In this document: positions 18,298 through 26,071 of the stretch, in pieces | Layout of the letters: each line of letters starts with the position of its first letter | Position numbering within the stretch: position 1 is the first letter of the stretch | Assembly (NCBI GenBank): GCA_964626895.1 | Contig: CAZVHN010000354.1 | Span: 1-27,858, forward strand | Origin: an uncultured Chloracidobacterium sp. | GTDB lineage: Bacteria; Acidobacteriota; Blastocatellia; Pyrinomonadales; Pyrinomonadaceae | Length of the DNA: 27,858 nucleotides | Direction of reading: 5' to 3' | The notes under the pieces: model-generated | Told to the model about the DNA's origin: nothing | Databases searched by the model: none | What the model saw: the letters and a program-made list of their open reading frames with translations, nothing else | Made by a program: the position numbers and the translations under genes

Positions 18298-18306
18298 TGT
18301 TATAGT
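18298..18306 (+). promoter_or_regulatory. Extended -10 element upstream of the DUF512 gene
   Basis: TG-T-TATAGT, about 75 nt upstream of ATG 18382; a divergent TATAAT lies on the minus strand at 18163-18168. Confidence 0.4.
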
Positions 18307-18381
18307 GTGAGGTTTGCTGGCAAAAGGCTATTGACAGGTGGTGAAGGAAGCAGCCTGGTGGCTCGCCGGAGTTAGAAACAC

Positions 18382-19731
18382 ATGTACGAATTTGCAGTTG
18401 CTCCAGCTATTACAAACCTCCGTCGGCGCGGTGCCGAGATCACTGAAGTTGCCCCTGAAAGTCTTGGCGCCGAGCTTGAGCTCGAGCCAGGCGATCGAAT
18501 TACCCGAGTGAACGGCCGGCCCGTGCGCGACTATCTCGACTTTCGTTTTCAAACCGCCGGGGAGACGGAACTGGTAGTGGAAGTTCGCAAGAGTAGTGGG
18601 GAGGATTGGGAACTGCAGATTGAGCGGGGCGAGGATGAGGATTTCGGTTTCAGTTTCGAGCAAATCGTTCCCCGCCAGTGCGCGAACGAATGCATATTCT
18701 GTTTTTGCAAAGGCAATCCAGCCGATGCTCGACCATCGCTTTTTGTTCGGGACGAAGACATCCGACTCTCATTCCTTTACGGAAACTACACTACGCTCAC
18801 CTCAATTACGGAAGACGAGATGGCGCGCATCATTGAACAACGGCTCTCACCGCAATATGTTTCTATTCATGCTACCGACCTGGACGTGCGGGCCAGGCTT
18901 CTCGGTGTAGAAAAACGGCGCGCCGATATATCGTCGCAAATGGCTCGGTTGCTTGATGCCGGCATAGAGATTCACGCTCAGGTTGTGCTTTGTCCAAAAA
19001 TAAATGATGGTGAGATCCTGCGGCGCACGATTGATGATCTTGCAGCCGACTACCCTCGCATCACGAGCGTTGCCATCGTCCCACTGGGTCTAACCCGCTA
19101 TAACGCCGATCCGCGTCTTACGCCTGTGACGCCCGAGTTCTGTCGCGGGATAATTGACGAGGTGACGAAGATGCAAAAGCAATTGCGGCAGCGACTAGGG
19201 ACGACCTTTGCGTTCCTGGGCGACGAGATTTACCTGCGAGCAGGACGAGCAGTGCCCGGAAGAGCACACTACGGTAATTATCCCCAGATCGAAGACGGGA
19301 TCGGCATGGTGCGTTCATTCGATAACGACTTCAACAGCCTGTTGCACCGCCTTGAACGACGACCGCTAAAAGAGCCTGGCAAAATATTCGGGACAGTTCT
19401 TACCGGCACACTCTTCGCTCCCGAACTGCGAAAGTTGGTCCACAAATTAAACACTTGCTTTGGCACCAGGATTCATGTCGAGGCGGTGGAGAACAACTAC
19501 TTTGGCGGGGACGTCTCCGTAGCCGGATTGCTTACGGGCGGCGATTTTCTCTCAGCTCGAGGGCATGTACGCGGAAACTTCGTAATCATTCCTAAGCACA
19601 CGCTCAAGAGCGACGAGGAAATCATGCTCGACGGCATGACCCTTGGGGCGTTGCGGGCGGAAATTGGATTACCGATACATCCAGCCGATCTCGATTCATT
19701 TGCAGGCCTCCTTTATCGGCACAGCCAGTAA
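18382..19731 (+). CDS. PDZ plus radical-SAM-like DUF512 family Fe-S protein
   Basis: N-terminal PDZ-like segment, CANECIFC cluster motif, RLSFLYGNY, IEDGIGMVR, VAGLLTGGD. Confidence 0.88.
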   Translation: MYEFAVAPAITNLRRRGAEITEVAPESLGAELELEPGDRITRVNGRPVRDYLDFRFQTAGETELVVEVRKSSGEDWELQIERGEDEDFGFSFEQIVPRQCANECIFCFCKGNPADARPSLFVRDEDIRLSFLYGNYTTLTSITEDEMARIIEQRLSPQYVSIHATDLDVRARLLGVEKRRADISSQMARLLDAGIEIHAQVVLCPKINDGEILRRTIDDLAADYPRITSVAIVPLGLTRYNADPRLTPVTPEFCRGIIDEVTKMQKQLRQRLGTTFAFLGDEIYLRAGRAVPGRAHYGNYPQIEDGIGMVRSFDNDFNSLLHRLERRPLKEPGKIFGTVLTGTLFAPELRKLVHKLNTCFGTRIHVEAVENNYFGGDVSVAGLLTGGDFLSARGHVRGNFVIIPKHTLKSDEEIMLDGMTLGALRAEIGLPIHPADLDSFAGLLYRHSQ

Positions 19732-19739
19732 CCCTGTCC

Positions 19740-20342
19740 ATGACTGTCTCCGAACCAGCCCCGGCTTCAACGCCCTCCAGCAAAAAGATCCTCGATGTGG
19801 GCTGTGGCCGAAACAAGTACCCCGGTTCGATCGGAATCGACTCAAATCCGCGAACGAAAGCCGATGTGATTCACGATCTTGGCGACGTGCCATACCCCTT
19901 TCAGGAGAACGAATTCGATGAAATCATCTGCCGTCATGTGATCGAGCACGTCCCCGACGTAATGGCATTTGTTACGGAACTTCACCGCATTGCTAAGCCC
20001 GGTGGTCGAATAAAAATCGTCACTCCCCACTATTCAAATCCCGATTGGCCTACGGATCCGACCCATCGCAACCACCTCAACAGCTACTCTTTCACGTGCT
20101 TCATGCCTGACCGCACTCCCTTCCCTTTCTACACAACGGTTGAGCTAAGACCGATTCGTACCTACGTGACGCTCGCTAACCTCTGGCGTGCCCTGGGTCT
20201 CGAGTTCATCACCAACCTCGATCAGCACTGGCCGTCTCTGCGTTTCACACGCAAGTTTTGGGAGTTTTATCTGAGCAGCATCTTTCGGGGCAAAGAACTT
20301 CATTTCGAATTCGAAGCTGTCAAAACTGCTGCTGAGAGGTGA
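19740..20342 (+). CDS. Class I SAM-dependent methyltransferase
   Basis: ILDVGCG motif I, CRHVIEHV, DPTH; starts 8 nt after DUF512. Confidence 0.88.
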   Translation: MTVSEPAPASTPSSKKILDVGCGRNKYPGSIGIDSNPRTKADVIHDLGDVPYPFQENEFDEIICRHVIEHVPDVMAFVTELHRIAKPGGRIKIVTPHYSNPDWPTDPTHRNHLNSYSFTCFMPDRTPFPFYTTVELRPIRTYVTLANLWRALGLEFITNLDQHWPSLRFTRKFWEFYLSSIFRGKELHFEFEAVKTAAER

Positions 20343-20391
20343 ACCACCAGCGTTCGCGAAAAGTACAGAACCTTAGGAGCGATAGAGGCCG

Positions 20392-20719
20392 TGTGAAAAC
20401 CCAAAAAGGACCTTCGGTAAATTTGCAGGTTGGGAAGGGGGCAAAGCGGAGCGACGCCCCCGCTCAAGATTCGCAGCCACTCAACCTTGAATTGAACTAT
20501 TCCAGCCCAGCAAATTTGTGAGGGTCTACTGGAGTTGTTGCTTTGGATTTTGATCTGGCAAGGGCGCGCTGTCCTTTGCCCCCTTCCCAACCCGAGAGGT
20601 TACTCACGGTTGTGTTGGGCGTGACAGAGTTGAGTGGCTTTGCAGCTTGAGCGGGGTCGCGCTCCGCTTTGCCCCCTTCCTCACTAGCAAATTACCGTGG
20701 GCCCTTTTGGGTTTTCACA
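20392..20719. repeat. 328-bp non-coding element with ~92-bp terminal inverted repeats (MITE/REPIN-like)
   Basis: Arms 20392-20485 and 20629-20719 both read TGTGAAAACCCAAAA(A)GG..CGGTAA(A)TTTGC..GGAAGGGGGCAAAGCGGAGCG..CCCCGCTCAAG..AGCCACTCAAC in inverted orientation. A third partial motif copy lies at ~20574-20592. Confidence 0.85.
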
Positions 20720-20868
20720 GAGTCGCTACGATCGTCAGTTCTGTTATTGCGTGACATTGCCGCCTCTTGAGCAACCGCCCCCACCAACACTTGTTGACTT
20801 CGTCTATTGTTTCGCATAGAACGCTGAATGATCGAACGCGAGAATTTGCCTTTCGAAGGAGCCACCCT

Positions 20869-21417
20869 ATGAGACGGATTTCGATGGCGGTTTTGTTCGC
20901 CCTTGCCATTACATTCGCGGCCCCGACAACTCAGGGCCAGCAAAACGAGTCGGCCGCTCGGATTCGAACTCGAGAACAAGTGGGTCAACTGCTCGACAAA
21001 GTAGGGCCCGGCCTCCACATCACCTTCCGACAAAGCGAAAAGCAGCCTTTCAACTTCGTAGGTCTGTTGAAGGACGGCCTCACTCACGCGGAGAGTTTTG
21101 AGGTAGTCATTGGCGTGACGCAGAACCAGACAATTGGGTTCCGCATTTACCCGCGTTACAAAGGCAGCTATATCAATATTGACAACGTCAAGAACGGGCC
21201 CGGACTGATGCGGCTTCTGCTGAGACTAAGCGATCGCGCATTCCTCTTTTGGGGAGTAGATACCTCAGGTGACATCTTTACCGGCTACACCTTCACGCTG
21301 GAATCCGGCTTCCCGGAAGAAGCGATCAGGATTGTGCTTCGCAGTATCGCTAACAGCGACAAGTTTATCGGCGAGATGAAACCGATGATTGACGGCAGTG
21401 GCGTCCCGGGCCAGTAA
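20869..21417 (+). CDS. Secreted hypothetical protein (possible YbjN/secretion-chaperone-like fold)
   Basis: GAAGGAG RBS, ATG 20869, signal peptide MRRISMAVLFALAITFAAPTTQG. Fold assignment is a by-eye guess. Confidence 0.7.
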   Translation: MRRISMAVLFALAITFAAPTTQGQQNESAARIRTREQVGQLLDKVGPGLHITFRQSEKQPFNFVGLLKDGLTHAESFEVVIGVTQNQTIGFRIYPRYKGSYINIDNVKNGPGLMRLLLRLSDRAFLFWGVDTSGDIFTGYTFTLESGFPEEAIRIVLRSIANSDKFIGEMKPMIDGSGVPGQ

Positions 21418-21583
21418 CTCAGGCAGCGCGTTTTCGGATCAGGAATCGGATATGTCACTCTTAGACGAGTCTCGATCCGGTAGCCACAGAGACTGTGTAA
21501 GACTCGTTTTCAAAGAATCGCTAAGGCTCCCCGGTTCTGATGTTGAATCGCACGCAGCTAGTGCCGGCAATCTTGAGTAATAA

Positions 21584-21612
21584 TTGACAATCAACATTCA
21601 ACGGAATAAGGT
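21584..21612 (+). promoter_or_regulatory. Sigma70-type promoter upstream of the GMC operon
   Basis: TTGACA-N17-TAAGGT. Confidence 0.55.
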
Positions 21613-21928
21613 ATGCCCGTTTCATCCTCGCTTGCCTGCTAACGAGAGCCTCTCTGGTTAGCCTCATACTACCGAGGTCTCATATCTGTGCTGGTAAATA
21701 TTAATGTTGTGCGGGTCGACAGTTGAAACTCACGCCGAAGCTGTTACTGCGTGCGGTTAGTAGATCTTTCTGTCAATTCTGAAGGGGTTACCGCCATGAG
21801 CGCCTCGCTCCTCACGCACGATCGATTTCTTCTCCAAGCAGCAGTTTGTGCGCCGTCGTTAGCAGAGTCTGCGCCCGGTAACGCCGGCACACCGAAGTCC
21901 TGCAACATTCCGGAAAAGGAGGCGACGC

Positions 21929-23542
21929 ATGGCAGGCGCGATTGTTGAAGGTCGCCAAGTCACACAAGACCAAACTCTGACACCTGAGTTTTGCATCATC
22001 GGTTCGGGAGCGGCGGGCGGTGTGTGCGCCCTGAAACTGGCGGAGGCTGGTTTTGACGTCCTGGTGCTTGAGGAAGGGCCGAACATTCCGAAGGAGAAGG
22101 GCCCAGCGCCCGGGCAGGAGCGGAAAATGCTCAACGAGCGCGAGGCCGAGATGTACAAACTGCTGTACCAGGAAGGTGCCACACGGCTGACGAAGAACGG
22201 CGGCATTAAGGTGTTGCAGGGACGCTGCCTCGGAGGCGGCACCGCCGTGAATTGGTCAGCGTGTCTGCCGCCGCGGCTTGAGACACTGGACGAGTGGCAG
22301 AAGCGCGGTTTGCCGTTCACGCGCCAGAACCTCGAGCCGTACTTGCGCGAAGTCGTGAACTACCTTCCCATCGTCCGCAACGACAAGTACAACACGTCGG
22401 CGCGGAAGTTCATGTTAGGGTGCGACCGCCACGATCTCCCTCACGAAAACTTGCCTAACAACACGCACAAGTGCCGCGAGTGTGGGAGCTGCGGGGTGGG
22501 TTGTCCCTATGATCGCAAGATGAGCGGCTTCGTGAAGTGGCTGCCGGACGCGGTCGAGCTCGGCGCGACGATCTACACTGATACGAAAGTTGACCGGCTC
22601 GTGGGCAGCGACGACCGAATAGGCGAAGTGCAGGCCCACTTCATTGACGGCAAGACGCGCCCGACACAGCGCAAGCTGGTCGTCAAGCCCACGAAGGGCG
22701 TCGTGCTCGCGGCGGGAGCAATCGGCACTCCCAGTGTCCTCCTGCGCTCGAAGCTGGATCTCGACAGGCGCGTCGGCAAGTTTACGCACATCCATCCCGT
22801 CACTATCACCATAGGCAAGTACCCTGAAACGACCCTGCCCGCTTACGGCGTGCCCGACAATATGTGGACGCCAAAGTTCGCGCCCGGCCCGACCGGCTAC
22901 CTCATTGAAACGGGCTCTTTCTTCCCTGTTCTCTCCGCCTCCGCGACGCTCCAACACGGCGACGAGTTGCATCGCATCATGCGCGATTACTATCCGACTG
23001 GCGCCATCTCCTACGCTCACCACACGACTGGTTTCGACGACCAGGAGAAGTATGGCACGGTCGAATTGGACGAGAACGGGGATCCCCAATTGGACTACAA
23101 CATCCCTAAGGCCAACGTGAAACCCATGCAGGAGAGCCTGGTGATGATGGCCAGAATTCACCTCGCCGCCGGCGCGACGTCGGTTTACATCATGCGAAAC
23201 CCGCCGCTGGAGGTTAGGCCCGGCGACAACTTCGACGAAATCAGGAAGATCAATTTCACCGAACCGCAGCGCGCGTCGATCTTCACAGTCCACGTCATGG
23301 GCGGGTGCCAGATGCACAAGGACGACAAGCGCCGCTGCGTCAACAACGACTTCACATTCAAGGGAAAGAAAAACCTCTGGGTTGTGGACGCCTCGATCTT
23401 TCCGACGGCCCTGGGCGCTAATCCGCAGGTGACTATCTACTCGCTGGCCCTCTGGGCGGCGCGCGAAATCTGCGATCAGAACCAGAGACCATTTAAGCTC
23501 AATCACCAGCAAGGAGGTGCATTGCCGTGGCCGGGATACTAA
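21929..23542 (+). CDS. GMC-family FAD oxidoreductase, large subunit
   Basis: IIGSGAAG FAD motif, GRCLGGGTAVN, CRECGSCGVGC Cys cluster, HVMGGC, VVDASIFPTALGANPQVTIYSLA; AAAGGAGG RBS. Confidence 0.95.
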   Translation: MAGAIVEGRQVTQDQTLTPEFCIIGSGAAGGVCALKLAEAGFDVLVLEEGPNIPKEKGPAPGQERKMLNEREAEMYKLLYQEGATRLTKNGGIKVLQGRCLGGGTAVNWSACLPPRLETLDEWQKRGLPFTRQNLEPYLREVVNYLPIVRNDKYNTSARKFMLGCDRHDLPHENLPNNTHKCRECGSCGVGCPYDRKMSGFVKWLPDAVELGATIYTDTKVDRLVGSDDRIGEVQAHFIDGKTRPTQRKLVVKPTKGVVLAAGAIGTPSVLLRSKLDLDRRVGKFTHIHPVTITIGKYPETTLPAYGVPDNMWTPKFAPGPTGYLIETGSFFPVLSASATLQHGDELHRIMRDYYPTGAISYAHHTTGFDDQEKYGTVELDENGDPQLDYNIPKANVKPMQESLVMMARIHLAAGATSVYIMRNPPLEVRPGDNFDEIRKINFTEPQRASIFTVHVMGGCQMHKDDKRRCVNNDFTFKGKKNLWVVDASIFPTALGANPQVTIYSLALWAAREICDQNQRPFKLNHQQGGALPWPGY

Positions 23543-24057
23543 GTTCAGCACTGAACGCGTCGGCGAACCCAAAGCAGCGCAGCGAAGTCACGCTCAGCAA
23601 GTTCGACTGTCTCAACAAGAAGACGGCCCTGATCCTGTTCGCAGTCGCCGAGGCCGTGCTTGGCGAGCACTTCCTGCTCAAGGCGCCGAAGTTCATCGAG
23701 ACCGTTGACGATTACCTGAACTACCAGCGACCGGCGCAACGCGAGCAGTTCCTCTTAGCGTTGCTCATCGCCGAGACTACTTTCGGTCTCACCATCGGGG
23801 GCAAATTCCAGAGCTTCTCGCATCTGTCCCCCGCGGAGCGCAGGGAGATTCTCGAAAAGCTTCGTTCCAGCAAGCAGCAGTTGCGCCGGAACATCTACGC
23901 GGCTTTCGTCAACGTTTCGGCCTCAACCTACTATGCCAGCGAACTGACCTGGCCCGACTTGGGTTACCCGGGTGTGAGCGTGGATCATCCGGAGATTCTC
24001 AACCAGCCACCACCAATTCCGTGGCGGCCCACCGACCCCAGACCAGTCGAACCATAA
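23527..24057 (+). CDS. Gluconate-2-dehydrogenase subunit-3-like small partner of the GMC enzyme
   Basis: AGGAGG RBS inside the GMC 3' end and 16-nt overlap; FSHLSPAERREIL and YYASELTWPDLGYPG resemble this family's C-terminal W..xGYPG motif. Confidence 0.75.
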   Translation: MAGILSSALNASANPKQRSEVTLSKFDCLNKKTALILFAVAEAVLGEHFLLKAPKFIETVDDYLNYQRPAQREQFLLALLIAETTFGLTIGGKFQSFSHLSPAERREILEKLRSSKQQLRRNIYAAFVNVSASTYYASELTWPDLGYPGVSVDHPEILNQPPPIPWRPTDPRPVEP

Positions 24058-24079
24058 CGCCAACAAAGGAGAACTCACG

Positions 24080-24964
24080 ATGGCTCAGAACGGCAAACTA
24101 AAACTGGATTTGCTCGACGTTTTTGACAAGCGGTTAAAGGAGCGGGTTGACATTTCACTCCGTAACTTGCATCTGACCCACAACCCTGTTCTCAAAAGCG
24201 TTGATGCCTCAAAGATCGTCAACATCACCGGCCTGCATGTGGGGCCTCAAGGTGTGTATCAGATTTCGATAGACCCACCGTCGTATCACCCCGTCGGCCG
24301 CTTCGTCACCGTTAAGACCAGTGGCGTCACTGAGATATCTTTCCCATTTCCCGTGGATATTTCAAAGATAGTCAGTGTCACTTTCCCGACCTTCCCAAAC
24401 TTGCTGAAAGAACTACGCTCCCTTTTGACGAATAGCCCCAACGTCCTTGGTTTCGAAAACAACACTGGCGACGCACTCTATAACGCGCTGGACGATATCC
24501 GCCGCGGAGGTGTCCTGAACATCGCAAGGAAGACTCTGGCGACCAGATTGAGTAACCAGAAATCAGTGCTTTCGCTGATTCGAGAAATCAGAGAGCTACG
24601 CGGGGACCGCTTCTTCGCGTTTGTGGAAAAGGAGTTGCGAGAGGAAGTGAAGAATAGCGTCCACACAGGGCTGTTTGACGAGGTTTCCGGAAGCCTACAC
24701 CACCTGCCTGCGCAGTTCGTCGGGTTCACGCCGGCAGGCAGCTTTAAAACAGACGACCACTTTGGAAACCTACAGTTGACTTTCCTTATGAAGGCCGACG
24801 AGTGCGTGGCCGACATTGATATTGACGATGCCGGTGGCCTTGGTCACATCTTTCAAGTTTTGAAAAACCATTTCACCGGCAGCCCGACACACCCTTACAA
24901 CATCCACCAGATTCTGGTGAAGCACCAGCACTTAGATCCTGGGTACAGATTCAACCTGACTTAA
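24080..24964 (+). CDS. Hypothetical protein (N-terminal beta-sandwich-like region plus uncharacterised C-terminal domain)
   Basis: AAAGGAGA RBS, 294-aa ORF starting 22 nt after the previous gene; no signal peptide. Confidence 0.8.
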   Translation: MAQNGKLKLDLLDVFDKRLKERVDISLRNLHLTHNPVLKSVDASKIVNITGLHVGPQGVYQISIDPPSYHPVGRFVTVKTSGVTEISFPFPVDISKIVSVTFPTFPNLLKELRSLLTNSPNVLGFENNTGDALYNALDDIRRGGVLNIARKTLATRLSNQKSVLSLIREIRELRGDRFFAFVEKELREEVKNSVHTGLFDEVSGSLHHLPAQFVGFTPAGSFKTDDHFGNLQLTFLMKADECVADIDIDDAGGLGHIFQVLKNHFTGSPTHPYNIHQILVKHQHLDPGYRFNLT

Positions 24965-25117
24965 ATCGTGGTCAGGCGCGTACTCGCGCGCCAGTTGGCG
25001 GGGGGCACGCCCAGACTTCTGATACAGATAATTAAGCACTAAGTCGCGCTGCGTGGTAGCATCTCCACGAGTGAAGACGAACCGACCAATGAGAAACCAT
25101 GTAGCAGGAGTGAGCGG

Positions 25118-26071
25118 TTGAGGGAACGATTGCACAGCCAACACGCAACGGCAGGACGAGGAACCCGCGAAAGTGCGACGGACAACAGTTTGAAGACAAT
25201 TCACAGGCTCCACGTTGGGGACGCCCGTAACTTGGACTGGATTCCAGACGTTTCAGTTCACTTAGTCGTCACGTCGCCGCCATACTGGACGCTGAAACAA
25301 TATAATGACCATCACGCCCAACTCGGGGCTGTGGCAGACTATAACGCGTTCATGGATGAATTAGACAAGGTCTGGCGTCATTGCTTGCGAGTTCTCGTGC
25401 CCGGCGGGCGTCTTGTCTGCGTAGTAGGTGACGTCTGCATTGCGAGAAGACGAAATCGTGGTCGTCATATGGTCGTGCCCCTTCACTCCGACATCTCTGT
25501 ACGCGCCCGCGAGATCGGATTTGATTATCTGACGCCTATCTTTTGGCACAAGATTGCAAGTGCGAGCTACGAGGTCGAAAACGGCTCAAGTTTCTTGGGG
25601 AAGCCATACGAGCCCAATGCCATAATAAAGAATGACATAGAGTATCTGCTCATGTTGCGAAAGCCCGGAGGTTATAGAAAGCCAAGCGAGGAGCAGCGCG
25701 AACTCTCGAAGCTCGGAAAGGATGAGTATGCAAAGTGGTTTCGCTCCTTCTGGTCAGATATTAAGGGTGCGTCAACGAAGAACCACCCGGCTCCGTTTCC
25801 GGTTGAGTTGGCATACAGGCTCATTCGAATGTTCTCCTTCGTCGGGGACACGGTCCTTGACCCCTTTGGCGGCACATTTTCGACCACGCTCGCGGCGCTG
25901 AAAGCTAATCGCAATAGCATTACTAATGAGATTGACCGCGAGTACTTTCATTATGGTGAGACGCGACTACAAAACGAAGTCAACAAGCTGAGTAGCTTAT
26001 TCGCTCCGTCAAAGCGGATTGAGATTATTATCGACGAAGGTCACCAAAACGTTCTGTGTAAAACCGCGTGA
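25118..26071 (+). CDS. Beta-class N4-cytosine/N6-adenine DNA methyltransferase
   Basis: Catalytic motif IV (VHLVVTSPPY) precedes HPAPFP and the SAM-binding motif I (VLDPFGGTFST), the beta order. Start uncertain (TTG 25118 or TTG 25190). Confidence 0.93.
   Translation: MRERLHSQHATAGRGTRESATDNSLKTIHRLHVGDARNLDWIPDVSVHLVVTSPPYWTLKQYNDHHAQLGAVADYNAFMDELDKVWRHCLRVLVPGGRLVCVVGDVCIARRRNRGRHMVVPLHSDISVRAREIGFDYLTPIFWHKIASASYEVENGSSFLGKPYEPNAIIKNDIEYLLMLRKPGGYRKPSEEQRELSKLGKDEYAKWFRSFWSDIKGASTKNHPAPFPVELAYRLIRMFSFVGDTVLDPFGGTFSTTLAALKANRNSITNEIDREYFHYGETRLQNEVNKLSSLFAPSKRIEIIIDEGHQNVLCKTA

Noticed and set aside
18334-18356. CAGGTGGTGAAGGAAGCAGCC resembles the SRP (4.5S) RNA core CAGGTCCGGAAGGAAGCAGCC
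   Set aside because: The TGG/GGA stem cannot pair, the loop is not GNRA, and there is no long flanking helix; most likely part of the DUF512 5' UTR.
20692-21087. 131-aa minus-strand ORF
   Set aside because: Antisense to the secreted protein gene and ends in the repeat arm.
21781-21793. GAAGGGGTTACCG resembles the 3' end of c-di-GMP-I riboswitches
   Set aside because: The upstream GGCAAAC, GNRA-loop and GCAAAGC elements are not recognisable.
22415-23572. 385-aa antisense ORF
   Set aside because: Shadow of the high-GC3 GMC gene; no recognisable motifs.
24965-25070. tRNA or att-site remnant near the RM genes
   Set aside because: Only a short GGCGCG/CGCGCC hairpin; no cloverleaf, T-loop or direct-repeat partner seen.
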